Source: Chrysomallon squamiferum | Taxonomy: Eukaryota > Animalia > Mollusca | Length of the DNA stretch: 64,000 nt | NCBI GenBank assembly: GCA_012295275.1 | Contig: CM022679.1 | Span: forward strand, 3,968,001 to 4,032,000 | Direction: 5' to 3' | Shown: in pieces, positions 1 through 14,692 of the stretch | Layout: the number at the start of each line of letters is the position of its first letter | Position numbering within the stretch: position 1 is the stretch's first letter | Made by a program: the position numbers and the translations under genes | The notes under the pieces: generated by a model | What the model saw: the letters and a program-made list of their open reading frames with translations, nothing else | The model's database searches: none | What the model was told of the DNA's origin: nothing

Positions 1-144
1 AAACATCACACCTCAGTTGCCTGCGACAGTTGAAAAGTCTTTCAGTGAAAATGTTGACATGGTTTGCACTGCTATAGGAATTCCTGCCCCAGTCATCAAG
101 TGGTATTACAATGGTCGCTTGGTGAGCTCTCTGCAAAGAAGCAG
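1..144 (+). CDS. sdk: sdk exon, Ig domain N-half ([38 protein letters not shown]...)
   Basis: Open frame from position 2, Ig C..W motif, donor AG|GTAAGT at 145. Confidence 0.9.
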
Positions 145-3100
145 GTAAGTTTCTTGACCTTTTAAGCTACCATATCAGTTACACAGTCACTATTTTGTAC
201 TCGAAATAGAGCAGAGTTAACGTTAAAGATTTATCATTATCTAATTAATGTTATAAAGAAATATTCTGACTTGGTCAGTTCTCTTCAGAGACAGACTTAA
301 TATAAACATTTCACTCAGTTGAGTTGTATATCATCTGAAAGACAAACGCTAATATTTTCAATTGATGGAATGTAATTTCTAAGATAAAAATTACGAATAC
401 CTTCATTTATACTGCTATAAATAAGTAACCTAAATAAATTGTGTAATGTGTTTTCATTAACATATTTAAATATTGGATTAGGTTGTGGATAAAATAAATT
501 ACTTTTTATAATTTTTTAAAATGTGGCTATAAACTTGAGATTAAATTTGTTTCGCTACTTGCAGAACTGTTGAGTTTTCCAATGGGACTCTGCACATAGA
601 AAGAGTGGAGATGTCAGACATGGGACTCTATCAGTGCATTGCTCAGAATCCTGCTGGTGAAGCATCTTCTGTATCCTGGCTCAAAGTTAATAGTGAGTGA
701 ACTCTTTATAATAGATAACACTTTTAATATGTTAAATATTCTGTATCCTTGCTCAAAGTCAACTGTAATAGATAACACTTTTAATATTTATCAACTGTTA
801 GTATTTATTATCAGTGAGAAAAACATTTGTTAATTTGGATAACTGTTATATGTTCAAAAGTCTGTATCTTTATTTAAACTTAATATGAGTAAATTCTTTT
901 TAATAGATAACTCTTGTTAGTATAAATAAACAGAAGAAAAGAAAAGAATACTTCTCTGTTTAAAAGACTTACTTAAATATATTAACATAATATTGCTGCT
1001 TCTAATTTTCACTCCACAAATTTTAAAGCTTTATATTTTTTTGGACAGTTTCCTTTTTGTGTGTGTATGGGGGAATGACGATTTAATTAAATAAAAAAAC
1101 CCATTAGTCAAATGTTTGTGTGTACAGAATTGAAAAGTGTTACATCACTATACCATGAGTTACCCATTAACAGCAACAGATCTTTTACAGGCACATTTGT
1201 AAATGCTAGTACTAGTTGATACAGTTGCAGTGTGGTACTGGCTAGAACAGGAAAAACTCAAATCATTAAAACAGATTTTGTTTCAGACTGTATATTTTAT
1301 GGAGGATTTAAATATGCTTTGAAATAAAGATAGGACAAAAATATTTAGATGTTACAATAACTAATGTTATTTTAATTATTTCTGTTTTTTTTTTCTTTCA
1401 TTAGGTTCACCACCAAAGTTTACATCAAAACCGAAGAATTTAACAATTGTAGAAAAAAAGGATGCCAAATTTTTGTGCCATGCTACAGGTGCACCAACTC
1501 CTGTAGTTACCTGGAGTAGAGGTAACCATTCTTTTAGTTTTTATTTACCATCATTATAGAGCAGTATCAGGTTACAGATAGAAAACAAGACTGAAAGGGT
1601 TCAATGTTTATTGTTGTATTAAATGGACTGAACTTCATGGACACCAAATCCACACTTTGTTGAAAAAAAAAACAAAAAAAAAATCCCCAGACAAAATTCA
1701 CTCTCTCATTTAACACATCACAATATTATTTATACATGCAACCAACCATTAGTCAAAAATAACTCCACCAAAATGTCCATTTGTCGATACATAATTAAAT
1801 ACACGTAATTCTGTATATTAAAACTTCATTGACAATGAATGGTTTAAACCACAATTCATACCTGAGGTGTTCTGCTGTATACTTTGGTATAATATTATTT
1901 GTCAATTAATTTATGTACAGTGATTGATGGCAGAGAGGAAACTATTGTCAGTGATGGACGCTACCAGATACTGAATGATGGACTCCTCATAGTGTCGACA
2001 GTAAAACAGGATTCAGCTCTGTACAGATGTAACGCATCAAATGTGAGGGGACATGTAGTAGCAGAAGCCTTGTTACAAGTTATAGGTAATAGTTATATAC
2101 ACACACACACACACACAAACAAATATTTCTTTCTTGAAATCTCTTAATGTACACTGTTAAATATCAGTTTACATGGAAAATGCACTGAATTTTAAAAATC
2201 TTTTTAGAGGAATTTTGTGGGTTTATTTTTGTATTAGAGTAGTGTTCACTAAAAATTTTAAGTTTTAATGACAAATTATTTAATTGTTTTTTAAAATGTT
2301 TTTTTTTTTTACTTTTTTAAACAAATTAAAAAGAATGAATTAGAAATGAATTAAGAATGCTAATCTAATTTAAGTGGTTTAAGGACAATTTATGATAAGA
2401 AAATATCTAAGAATCATGGATATTAATTTCACTTTAATAATATAATAATCTATTAAGTTATCATTCAGTGTTGTATTTTAGTCTTTTAAGTGTAACCATT
2501 TATCATCATACCAGATGTTCTCTTTCACTCTTTGCCCCTATGAATAAATAAATATTTTCCTAACATTTAAAAATACAAAAGATTATAAAATCAAAAAATT
2601 AAAAACTAGGAAAAAAACAACAAAAAAATTAAAGAAAAAATAAAACATTTCTTCACAGTGATGACAAAAATAATTCGACCGCCACAGAACCGCACGGCTA
2701 TTCTGAGCACGCAGGCTGTTCTGGAATGTGGAGTGAGCCACGACGAAAACATCCAACCCGAGTGGCAGTGGTTCTTCTACAAGAAACCAAACTACAACGA
2801 GGAGCAGATAGTCAGCGGGAGTAGGCGGGTCATCACGCCCCAGGGGAGCCTCCGCATCAGCGGGGTGGCAGGGCAGGACATAGGTCGCTACAAGTGTGTC
2901 GTCATATCGGCCGGTGGAAATGACAGTCGCGTGGCTACGCTGATGGTTATTGGTGAGAACTTTGTTATTTATTATGTTTTCTACTATATTTTTAAAATAA
3001 ATGTTTTGTCTGTTTCTGGGTGTTTTTGGGTTTTTTGTTTTTTTATCATTCTGTTTCTTCCTCTTATTTTCTTTTTCTGTTCACCCTTTTTTTTATCTCT

Positions 3101-3153
3101 GTGCAAATTTACAAATTATTGGTAGAACATTTGTTTATTGAAGAATTGTTATC

Positions 3154-3184
<31 letters not shown>

Positions 3185-6100
3185 CTGTGTCTCATTTTGT
3201 TTTTTGTTTTTTTTTATCTTTCTTTCTCTTCCTCTTATTTAATTTTTCTGTCCTTACTTTTTTCATGTCTGAAAATTTACAAATTATTTGTAGAACATTA
3301 TTTATTGAAGAATTGTTATTTATTATATTTTCTGTGTCTCATTCTGTTTGTTTTTTTTGTTTTTATTTATATTTCTATCTCTTCCTCTTATTTTCTTTTT
3401 CTGTCCTTACTTTTTTCTTGTATGTAGCATATTTACAAATTATTGTTAGAACATTTTCCAGTAAAGATTTTCAATATAAAACACATTATTTTTAAATTAA
3501 AAACATTATTATCTTAATTTGAAACATTGATCCAAATATATGTTCTCTTGTTACATAGATTCATCAATTGTTGGAAATAATTAAAGCTTTCAAAAACAGT
3601 AACATCAAAGAATAATTAATAATCAAATTTCCAGGATGAAAATCCGATGTTATTATTTTCTTTGTTTTTTCAGAATTACCACGGCAACCAGTGATAAGAA
3701 ATGTCACATTGTCACCCACTACAGAGAACAGTGTCATCATCACCTGGACACCTGGCTTTGATGGCAACAGTCCCCTGAAGAGATATATCATCAGCTACAG
3801 GGTTCAAGTTCAAGGTTAGTAACCTGAATAAATGAATATGTTAGTGAACAGGAAGAAACACTTTGTGATAAATGGAGATAAACAGCAAGGATGAATGGAA
3901 GGAAGAATGAATGGAAAATGAACTGGAAAAACAAGTGAATTTAGATGAAAATTAGTGAATAAGTAGAAAGTCAATGAATAAATAAAGAGAATGTTTGTTT
4001 ATCAGTATATTATATATTGTGATAGTTAGTTGGCATGTTTGTATATTGTGCTAATAGTAACAAAGAGAACAACATCACAGTTTTTACTCAATAACAGTAA
4101 ATATATTTTATTTAAACCTCCCAACAGAAAGAGTTTGATAATTAGTTGTTTTTTTTGTTTAAAATTAAAGAAAATATCCTAAGAAAATATCCAAATGAAA
4201 AGTAATATACCAGGCTATTATATTATCAATATTTACTTATTTTATGGTTAATTTCATTATTAAACTTCTTAAATTTCTATGTCATGATATGACTGTCTGT
4301 ATCTTATATCAATAATTTTTATTAACTTATTTTATGGTTAATATGGATTATTAAATTCTTGAATTTCTATATGTGTTATGTTATGACCGTCTGTCATTAG
4401 CAATTTTTTAAATAATATTTGCAGGTGCTAACAATGATAACTCAAGATGGCTGGTTTATCCAGACATAATTCCACCCACTACGACTAGGTACACAGTGTC
4501 GAACCTGCAGCCTTCCCGTTACTACAAGTTTAAAATCAGCGCTGTTAATTCAGTAGGCGAAGGAAATGCCAGCATTGCTAAACCAGAACCAGCAATTCAG
4601 ATGCCACCACAACGTAAAACATCGTTCCTACTACTATTACTGTTATTGCTGTTGTTTTTGTTATTATTAAAACTACTACTCTTTTTCCCAGTTTAAGTTT
4701 AATAGCAATGCAACTGTAACTTTATTATTGATTTCACAATTTAAAAAGTCTTATTATTGTTGTTGTTATTATTATTATTATTATTATTTGTATTATTATT
4801 TACTTAAATTTACTTTAAAAATTTTATGTTAAGAATAAAATAGTACATTATTATATTATGTTTTAGAAAAAATCTGAAGATAAAATTGATAAATTTGTTA
4901 TATTTCATATTTCTTTGTTACACAAATGTGAATATTCACCAAAAAAAAAGCCAGAAAAGTGTATTTTTACATGCATCTTATTTAATATAGCAATAAACAT
5001 ATACATATTGATAAATGCAGATACATATGCATTTATTGTATAAAAGACTATGATATCTATATTAATAGATATTTTTTTACAAATATAACTTTACTAATAT
5101 AACTGTAACATGGGTATTTGTTGTTGTATTTAATGTATTTTCCCTTTTTGAATTTTAGCCCCAAGTAAAGAACCAAGAAGTTTTTACTGCAGCCCTGGAG
5201 CTGACAGGTCTATCGTGGTGAAGTGGCAGGCTCCAGAAGAATCGTCATGGAACGGTGACCTGCTCGGCTACATCATAAAATACAGAGTTGCACATTATCC
5301 TGACAGTGCCCTGCAGTACATCAACATCAGCGACAGCCGTGCAACAAACTACCTCCTGGAGAACCTCGTCTACCACAAACAGTACGAGGTGGCCATAGCA
5401 GCATACAACGTCAAGGGTCCTGGCAAATACAGTGGTTATTTCCTGATATGGACTTCTGAAGGTCGACCAACTGCTCCTCCACAGGACGTATCCCTTTTGT
5501 CGACAAACTCAACCACAATAAAAGTGACCTGGATGCCTCCAGATCCAACCCAGATTAATGGGATCAATCAGGGATATACGATTAGGATTCGTAGAAGTTC
5601 CGTTTCTCACATGGAAAGAAGTGAATTTGTTCCGGCAGATCAGTCTAATTTGTATGGTCGACAGATGACTTATGTTTTCCGCCTGCTGAAGTATACAGAG
5701 TATGTAATAACTATTGTATGTCACACAGGAGAGGTGTTGGTCCCGCCAGCCAGCCACAGACTATCAGAACTCAGGAGGATGGTAAGTAATTTTTGTTCTT
5801 GCTGTTAAGTTTGTTTTGATTATTAAATGTTTGTTTAATTAAGTAATTTAGTTCAGTGTTCTGAAGTAGTGGAATTGTAATCGTTCTTTAACAGTGTTGG
5901 TAACTGTTTTATCTGTTGTTTTGTTGCATTCAAATTAATGCAGTCTGCTTACTCCCTTTTTTTCTAGATAAGTTTATTATTATTAGTTATTTCTTATTAT
6001 ACGTTTTATATCAATTATATTAAGTTTATTTATATATTAAAGTTTTATTCCATGGATTAGTTGCTTAATCTATGACATTTGCTTATTTTTATAAAATCAG

Positions 6101-9100
6101 AAAAAGAATCACATTGAAATAAGAATAAAATAAATAATTATTTGAATTTTAAACTTTTTATTTTATTATTGACATATTTATCAGTCTCTTCAGATAGTTC
6201 ATTGAATTAGATATTAATATTTTAATATAACTTCACTTTCTAAACAAACTTATTAAAAAATACAATTTAAAAACATGATATAAAAATATGTAAACCAATC
6301 CTTACAATAATTTTAATTAATCTTCTACTTCATTTTTCAGTTCCTGGTGAGGTTGGTGACTTGAAGTTTGACAACGTGCGCGACAGAACGTTGAGAGTGT
6401 TGTGGACTGCCCCACAAGAAATCAATGGAAAACTTTTAGGTTTGTTTTTGTATTTCCAGTCACTATCACACTAGCCAGCATTTTTACCTGCCCTGATTAA
6501 TGGTTATGCAGACATTTTATATAATTTTTAAAATTGATTCTCACCTCAGAAGTAAATTGAAAAATCAGAAATTAGAAATGCAGATTCATGTACTGAAAAA
6601 AGAATTTTGACTTTAAGTCAAACTGTAATTATGAGAGAAAAAATTGTGAACTTGAAATATGATACATACAGCAGGACAGACATTTTAATTAGCTGTGCAC
6701 AGTTTATGTTTTATTAGCTGAATCACACAAAGTATGTGACTGTTTGTTGTCTAGGTTACACACTGATGTGGGAGAAGAAGAATGAATCGGACACAAGAAG
6801 ACGAGTTCTGCTTCCGTCGAACCTGACTCGCTACACTGTGAGAGACTTGTCCCCAATGACCATGTATACAATCCATGTAAACGCTCGCACTAGGAAAGGA
6901 GACGGTCGGACTAAGAGTGCTGATATCAAATCAGGTGTCCCACCAGGTAAGCAGTTAATCTAACATTAACAGGTATTTTGAAGTGGCAACACACTCAACA
7001 GAATTTTGTAGTTATGGTTTTGTTGTTAAGGACTTTGCAGATAATGAGAGAGGGTTGGTTTTGAAGAAAAATTTATATATAGAATTGAAAAATCTGTTTG
7101 GTTTAAAAAAAATTCATAAAAAATTTTTGCTAGTTCATATAATTCAAATCAAAATTTGAAAAAAATGATGATAATTTTGGAATTTTTAGTAATTTGATCC
7201 TTTTTTTCTAAAAAGATAATAAAAAAATATGTATTTTTAACAAAATGATCTATTTAAAATATATATTTTTGTAAAACAATAATTGTTTTCAACTATTATT
7301 GGAATGCCTGTATCCATCAAAGTCTTAAAGTAAATCTATTTTGCACTTAAATTTCAGAACTTCCAACAGAACCATTCAACTTGGCCTACAGCAACATAGA
7401 AGCGAGATCGGTACTGCTGCAGTTTCTGCCAGGCTACAACGGCAAAACCTCCATCACTCTGTGGATCGTCGAAGCCCTGGAAGGAAGCAGCATGCGCTGG
7501 AGACCCATCTACAACATCTCCGACCCAAACGCCAGAGCGATTACCGTTCTGAACTTGAAGCCGTACACGAAGTATCAACTGCGAGTGATTGCAGAGAACA
7601 TCGTCGGTCGAAGCAACGCCAGTGCACCGACTCGTGAGTTCGAGACAAAGCAGGATGCCCCATCGAAGCCTCCTGGCAACGTCACTGTGAGAGCATTGAA
7701 TTCAACAACTCTGAGGATCAGCTGGAATGTAAGTGATTGTTGTCTCAGTTTTGTGTCACTGAACTGATATTTGTGTGATGTTTTTTTTTTATCTGATATG
7801 TAAAAATTGTGTTTAGTGATCAGAACATGAAAAAGCATGTGATATAAGTATAATATTGACATGAAAAATGTTATATGTAAGTATAATAGTTGGTGCATTA
7901 ATTGACACATTATTTCTGGTTATTATGACATGGGATACTTTATAAAAACAAGTAAAAATTAAGGGTACAGTACTGGACTTATTAACCAATATGTAAAATG
8001 TTTTAATACACAGGTACAAGGGATCTTTTCTTAAGCACATTGTGAATAATTATGTGTGTTTAAGCAATAATTTGTTAATTGACAAATATAAAAATTGTGT
8101 TTGATGTAATAATGTGTTAAACATAAAAATTTGTGTTCTAAAGTAATGTATTAGAAATCATGTATAATTTATGCTTTAAAGTAATAAATATAAATTTTGT
8201 TTGTAAGTAATAAATACAAATTATGTTTTAAAGTAATAAATATAAATTTTGTTTTAAAGTAATAAAATTAAATTTTGTTTTAAAGTAATAAATATAAATT
8301 TTGTTTTAAAGTAATAAATATAAATTTTGTTTTAAAGTAATAAATATAAAGTTTGTTTTAAAGTAATAAATATAAATTTTGTTTTGAAGTAATAAATATA
8401 AGTTATGTTTTAAAGTAATAAGTATAAATCTAGTTATGAAGTGTCAGTGTTTTAAGAAACCTGTTTAAAACTGACTACATATCACACAGCCTCTAGCACT
8501 GGTAGACTGGAACGGAATTCCAAGAGGCTACAACATCATGTATCGCATGACGCTTCCACAAAACGGTCAGCCAGACGACTTCCACAAGATCCAGCTGGAG
8601 AATGGCATGGATGTTGAGAGTTACATCTTGGTGGGGCTGCAGGAGTGGGTGGAATATCAAGTGAAAATGAACTCCTACAATGATGTGGGCAGCAGCAGCT
8701 TCAGTCCAGTGACTGGAGAAAGAACAAGAGAATCAGGTAGTTTTTTTTTTATAAAAATGAAAAAAAAAAAATATTTTGCATCTGTTTTTCAGAAATTTAA
8801 GTAGGATTTCTTTGTTTGAAATTCAGAAACATATTTTTAAAAATATTTTGTATCAGTTCTAATAATACATTCAAGGATTTATTTATTAGGTTTTTTCTTA
8901 TGTAAATTATTGAACATTTTCTCTAGAATGTTAATTTAAAAACAAATTAAAATTTATTTCCCGTTACTGTGGCAGATTTTAGATTTTACTTTATATCTAT
9001 TTGAATTAGACAAATTATTACTGCATAAGAAAACTGTAACACCATTTGAAAAATAAAGCTATTATTTATGCCCAAAATCTTTATTTCCACTCAGTTCCCA

Positions 9101-9425
9101 GTGCAAGCCCAACGAGAGTGCAGGCAGTGGCCATTTCATCAACCAGCATCAATGTAACATGGCAGAATGTGCCTCAGCTTGAGCAGAATGGAATGATTCA
9201 AGGTTACAAGGTACAGCTTTATTTACTCGTTTTTCCTCTGTTTAATTATGATTATTACTTCATTTCACAAAGTTGAAATATTTTAAATAAACATTGGTTG
9301 TAAATGAAATAGTTTATAACTGTGTTAAAATTTTGGAAGTTAAATGAAAACATTTCAAGCTGAATATGCTTCCAGCAATATCTTATGGTCAGATTTCTTT
9401 TTTATGAAAATGATGCTGTTTAAAG

Positions 9426-9461
<36 letters not shown>

Positions 9462-12299
9462 CAGATATTAAATTTAAAAGCAAATAATTTGCAATTAAAA
9501 GAAAAATTAATTTTGAAAATCTAATTAAATGATTATAAAAATTCTTATTATGTAAATTTTATTATTATGTCACTGATTTGTGTATTTTGTCAATTTTATT
9601 AAAAAAAAAAAAAAAAAAAATGAATCCTTACTACTTTCATTGCAAAAAAAAACTTAGTTTTATTTTTAACATAAGTCAGTCTGTTTCTAATATCACCTGT
9701 GTTTTTACAAAATTCAAATTTCTCCAGGTTCAGTACTCGTCACACGAAGAAAACATCCCAGAAAGGAAACAAGAAGTGCTAGGCAACAGCACAATGAGCT
9801 CAGTTGTCAGTGGACTTCGTAAATTTGTCAAGTATGAGATTCAGGTGCTTGCGTACACTCGAATGGGAGACGGGGTGCTCAGTCAGGCTGTGGCTGTTAA
9901 GACTTTTGAAGACTGTAAGTTTTCTTTTGTGTAAATATGTAAGATTGTTTTTTTGACTGAGTTTTTAACTGAGAAGAGATAATTCACGATTTTTGGAAGT
10001 TTTGATGAACGATGTATATATTTTTTTTAAATGAATATGTGACTATTTAATTTAGAAGATTATTTATATGTTTTACATTTTTAAATGAAAATATGAATTT
10101 TAATTTTGTTTTTCATTTTCTCTCTCTATCTGTGATAAAATAAGATATTAAATGTTTATTTTATTCTTTTAAATTTTGTTTTTTTTAAAAATATTCAGTT
10201 TTTATATTAATTCAGTATTACGAGTGACATTTTCAAAGAAATGTTTTTGTCGTATTACCCAAAAAATATTTATACATCAATTCTATCATTTTCTCTCTTT
10301 CTCTCTCTTTACAACACAATCTGATTCATTTTACCTGTCTGTTACAGTTCCCGGTCCTCCAATAATTGTTCATTTCCCAGTGGTCACATACACATCAGCA
10401 GTTGTGGTGTGGAATCCACCAAAGGAGCCTAATGGCATCATCACAGCTTACCGAGTTGTCTACAGCAAGCAAGGCACAAACAGGACCAGTCCTCCAGCAG
10501 AACTTCAGGCCGATCAACTCAGCCACACAGTGCTAGGTCTGGAGAGAGAAACCTATTACAAGTTCTACGTGACAGCCAAAACCAGACTGGGCTGGGGCCA
10601 GGCTGCCAAGGTTTTGGTCTACACAATGAATGACAGAGGTAGAGGTTTTGAAATAAATAAGTAGATCTGATAAGTATGTAAATAGTTAAGGAGATGTAAT
10701 AATTTAAAAAAAAAAAAGTAAAATAAAAATGTCAATTTAATAAATGTATTAAATTAGGTGAATAAGTAAATGCAATAAGAAAATAAGACACAGGTAGAGG
10801 TTTTAAAATAAATCAGTAGATTTGATAAGTATATTATTAATTTTAAAGATGTAATAATTTCAACAAAAAAACCCAAAAAAAACTCAGTTTAATAAATGTA
10901 TTAAATTAGGTAAATAAGGAAATGTAATAACAAAATAAGTGAATAAAATTTAATAAGGAAATAAATAAATATATTTAATAAATAGCTATATTTGTTAGTT
11001 AAATAAGAAGATTTATTAAGTAAATGAATAAATGAATTTAAAAAAAAAAAATCTTTTAAAATGTGCAGTAAATAATAAATGTATTTTCATCAAAATATTT
11101 CAGTGGTAAAAAAAAAAAAAAAAATTAATGTATGTTTTAAAGAAATTTTTTTTTTTTTATAAATATTTATTTTGTGAATATTAATATTTTTATTTGTTAA
11201 ATAGTCCTTTTGCAGCATTAGATAGATAAATGTCTATAACTGTCTGATATATATATACATATATATATTTTTTTTAAACTTGAAAATAAAAGAATTAATG
11301 AGAATAAAATAAATTAAAAAGAAAATAATTAAATATTTATTATACAGAATCTATCTTATTTACTATTTTAAACATTTTTTTATATTTTTAATCAGATCGG
11401 CCTGACAGCCCATCGAAACCAACGATTGGCAGTTCACAGGTGACAGCGAGAAGTGTCACCATCAGCTGGAATCCTGGCAATGACAATTACGGACCTCTGC
11501 GTAACTACACAGTTCAGTTTCAGCGCAGATTCGGACAGTGGCACAGTGTCATCGAGGCCATAGCACCCGACAAAACCTCATACGTTGTGTCTAAGTGAGT
11601 GAGAAGATAATTTAGTATTTAAAATAAAACCACACAAAAACCAATATAAAATAATAATGATAGGAATAACATTAGTAATGGCAATGATAGTGATAGTGAT
11701 ATAATAATAATAATAATAATGAATGGTAATAATTAGACAAAAAGAATAATAATTTTTTATATAAATTATTAGTATGGTTTTAAATAAATAAAAAGCATAA
11801 AAACAAAAAAGAAATGAATGTAACAAGAGGAAAAGAATGTATTTTTTGTCGCTAACAAGTGTTGACATTTTAGAAAATACTCTATTAAGCCAATGCATGC
11901 AACCAAATGACTTTTATATTTTTATTATTATTTTTAAATTTATTTTATCTCCATTGTTAGGAAGAAGACCTATCACTCCTCATATTTGTTTTGTGACACA
12001 TTTACTCTCTGTTTCTTTTTTTAGAAAATTGTTTATTTATTTATTTATTGTAGTTTGAGACCTAACACATGGTACAAGTTTCGAGTGGCAGCAACAAATG
12101 ATATTGGAACCAGTAATTTCAGTTCTCCGTCAGCTGAAGTGCAAACACAGCCAGACAGTAAGTACAGACAGAAGTTCATTCACGAATGTTCAGCTTCAAG
12201 TCTACAGTTTGACTTAAAAGTAGTAAAATCTTAATTATCTATTTTTTTTTTATTATCATTGTTCTTTCTGTTATTATTATGTTTAGGTTATTATTATTA

Positions 12300-12352
<53 letters not shown>

Positions 12353-14660
12353 GTTTAGTATTATTATTATAATAATTATTATTATTTTTATTATTATTAT
12401 CAGCAAAACAGAATTGAACATTATTATTATTTATTTATATAAAGACTTGTGTATATCTGACAATTTAATTTCAGAATAAAGTGCTAACTGATTTAAATTA
12501 CTATCATTTCTTGTTGTATTCAGAGCCTGATGGGTCACCTCAGAATTTGAAGGTCAAGGCATTGACCATGACATCCATTCAGGTTTCCTGGAAGGTAAGT
12601 TGTATTTGTATGAAATTGTTTGAATATGATCGATTAACATTTTCAGTTTTTATTAAGAATCCATATACTAAATGCATGCATAGCTATGCCAGATATCTTC
12701 TGAAGTGGTTTTAAATGGAAGTTTTTTTTAATAGAATTACAATCTTTTAATTTTTTTTAAATTACTGATAATATATACATCACTGTTAAAATAAAATAAA
12801 TAAGAATTTCTTTAACTTTTCATTGTTTGAATCTGGCAAAGCTATGATTTTATGAGGTAATTGTTTTTAATTTGTCTTTAATTTACAGAAATGCTCATGC
12901 ATTGTGCAACTGTTACTGAAAAACTAACTGTCAGTGTGTTGAATTACCATCCTGTTTTATTTGGCTTGTTATTATATTTATGTGAAAATACATTCAAGAA
13001 TTTATTTAATATACATTCAAGGACTTCTTTAATATTGCTACATGTATTGATTTGATGATTCAAATATATTACTTTCTGTTTCAGTTGCCTGTCACCTCAT
13101 AAAGATTCTGATTTTGCATATCAGATCATTTGATACCTATCTAGGCTTTCTCTTAATATTATTGTTTCAAATGCATGTCTATTTTCAAGCTGCCTCCTAA
13201 GGAAACATGGAATTTTCATAATATTGGAATCCGTGTGCGTTACAAAAACAATATAGACCTTGTTTGGAGCTTCCAGTTTGAGGATGATAACACATCGACC
13301 GTTATTGAAAAGCTGACCAATGGTCAGGGTTATATTGTCAGTGTCCAGGCCTATAATGTTTTTGGCAGTGGGCCCTGGAGCAGTAATAGTTTCATAGTTC
13401 TTGAACTGGGTAACTTTACATATAGTCAGTCAGTCCATATCATCTGCTTAGTACGTTCTGTTTTTTTTGTTAATGGTTGGTATGTCACTGATGCAAGGGA
13501 AATTATATTTCAAATGCAGTTTATATAGATTTTAAAAACATTTTTATCCCAGGTTTTTTTTTTTGTGTTCCAATTTTAATGATTTAAAAATAAATAGTTA
13601 TTTTTCCCATTATGGTGGCAGATTTTAGATTTTATACACCTTTTAATATTTAATAAATTTAGTAAGCTTAGTCTAATGTTTTTATATGGCATCTGGTTCT
13701 TTTATCCCTCTCCCCCCTTTAAAAATATCTACCCATAAATGTTTCATTATCTCTGTCTGTCTTGAAGCATTTCATAATTTTAAAAAATCCAGTGGATATT
13801 TTTGTTTTGGAAAAGGGAAGGAAAAAAACAAACAAAAAATTATGAAGAGACCAAAGAATAGAATATTTCCTGTAAAATAAATATAAATTAAAAAAAAAAA
13901 AAAAGACCACAGCAAAAAAAAAAAATTAAACAATTGCATTTGAAACTGCATTCTTAAGCATCAAATAAAACACCCCATCCATTTTAAAATTTCTATTTTT
14001 TTTTTTTTTTCACATTGTCATTGTTATGTTTCATTACTGGTGTTGTGTGCATGCTACACATTGTATTTCGTGGAGTGTATGTGTACTTCAGTATTGTGCC
14101 TTTTTTGTTGTCCCCAGCAACCACCGTCAGAAACTTGGAACGGGCAGATTGTAGGCTACATTGTTCAGTACCGCCAGCTTCACTTGGCCGACTTCCAGGA
14201 AGAAACAGTTCCGTTTCAACACAACACGATAAACCTGGAGAATCTCGTTAAGAAAAAACATTACGAGGTCCAGGTTTTGGCATTCAATGCCATAGGTCAG
14301 GGACCTCCAAGTACCCCAGCCACTATTTATGTAGGCGAAGCTGGTAAGGGCTAGAGAAAGAATTAATTGTGAATTAGTATTAATATATCAAAGATTAGGA
14401 GATAAATTTGACAAAAAAAAAAAAAAAAAAAAAAAAAAATAAAAAAAAATTTGAACTAACAGAAAGGAAAGTCTCGTCATAAGCTAAACCAACAACATAA
14501 AGAGAAATAAATGTTGAACAAAATCAGCAGTGAATTAAGTGGACATTTAATTCAGTTTAGAAATTTTTAACTCTGTAACAAAGAATAGTTAAAAATATTT
14601 CCGCTCTTTTTCTTTATTTTCCTGTATTTATTTATTTATTTATTTATTTATTTATTATAT

Positions 14661-14692
<32 letters not shown>

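Noticed and set aside
8178-8428. Regular repeat arrays (also 46641-46790) as possible CRISPR arrays
   Set aside because: Head-to-tail minisatellites with no unique spacers and no cas genes, in eukaryotic introns.
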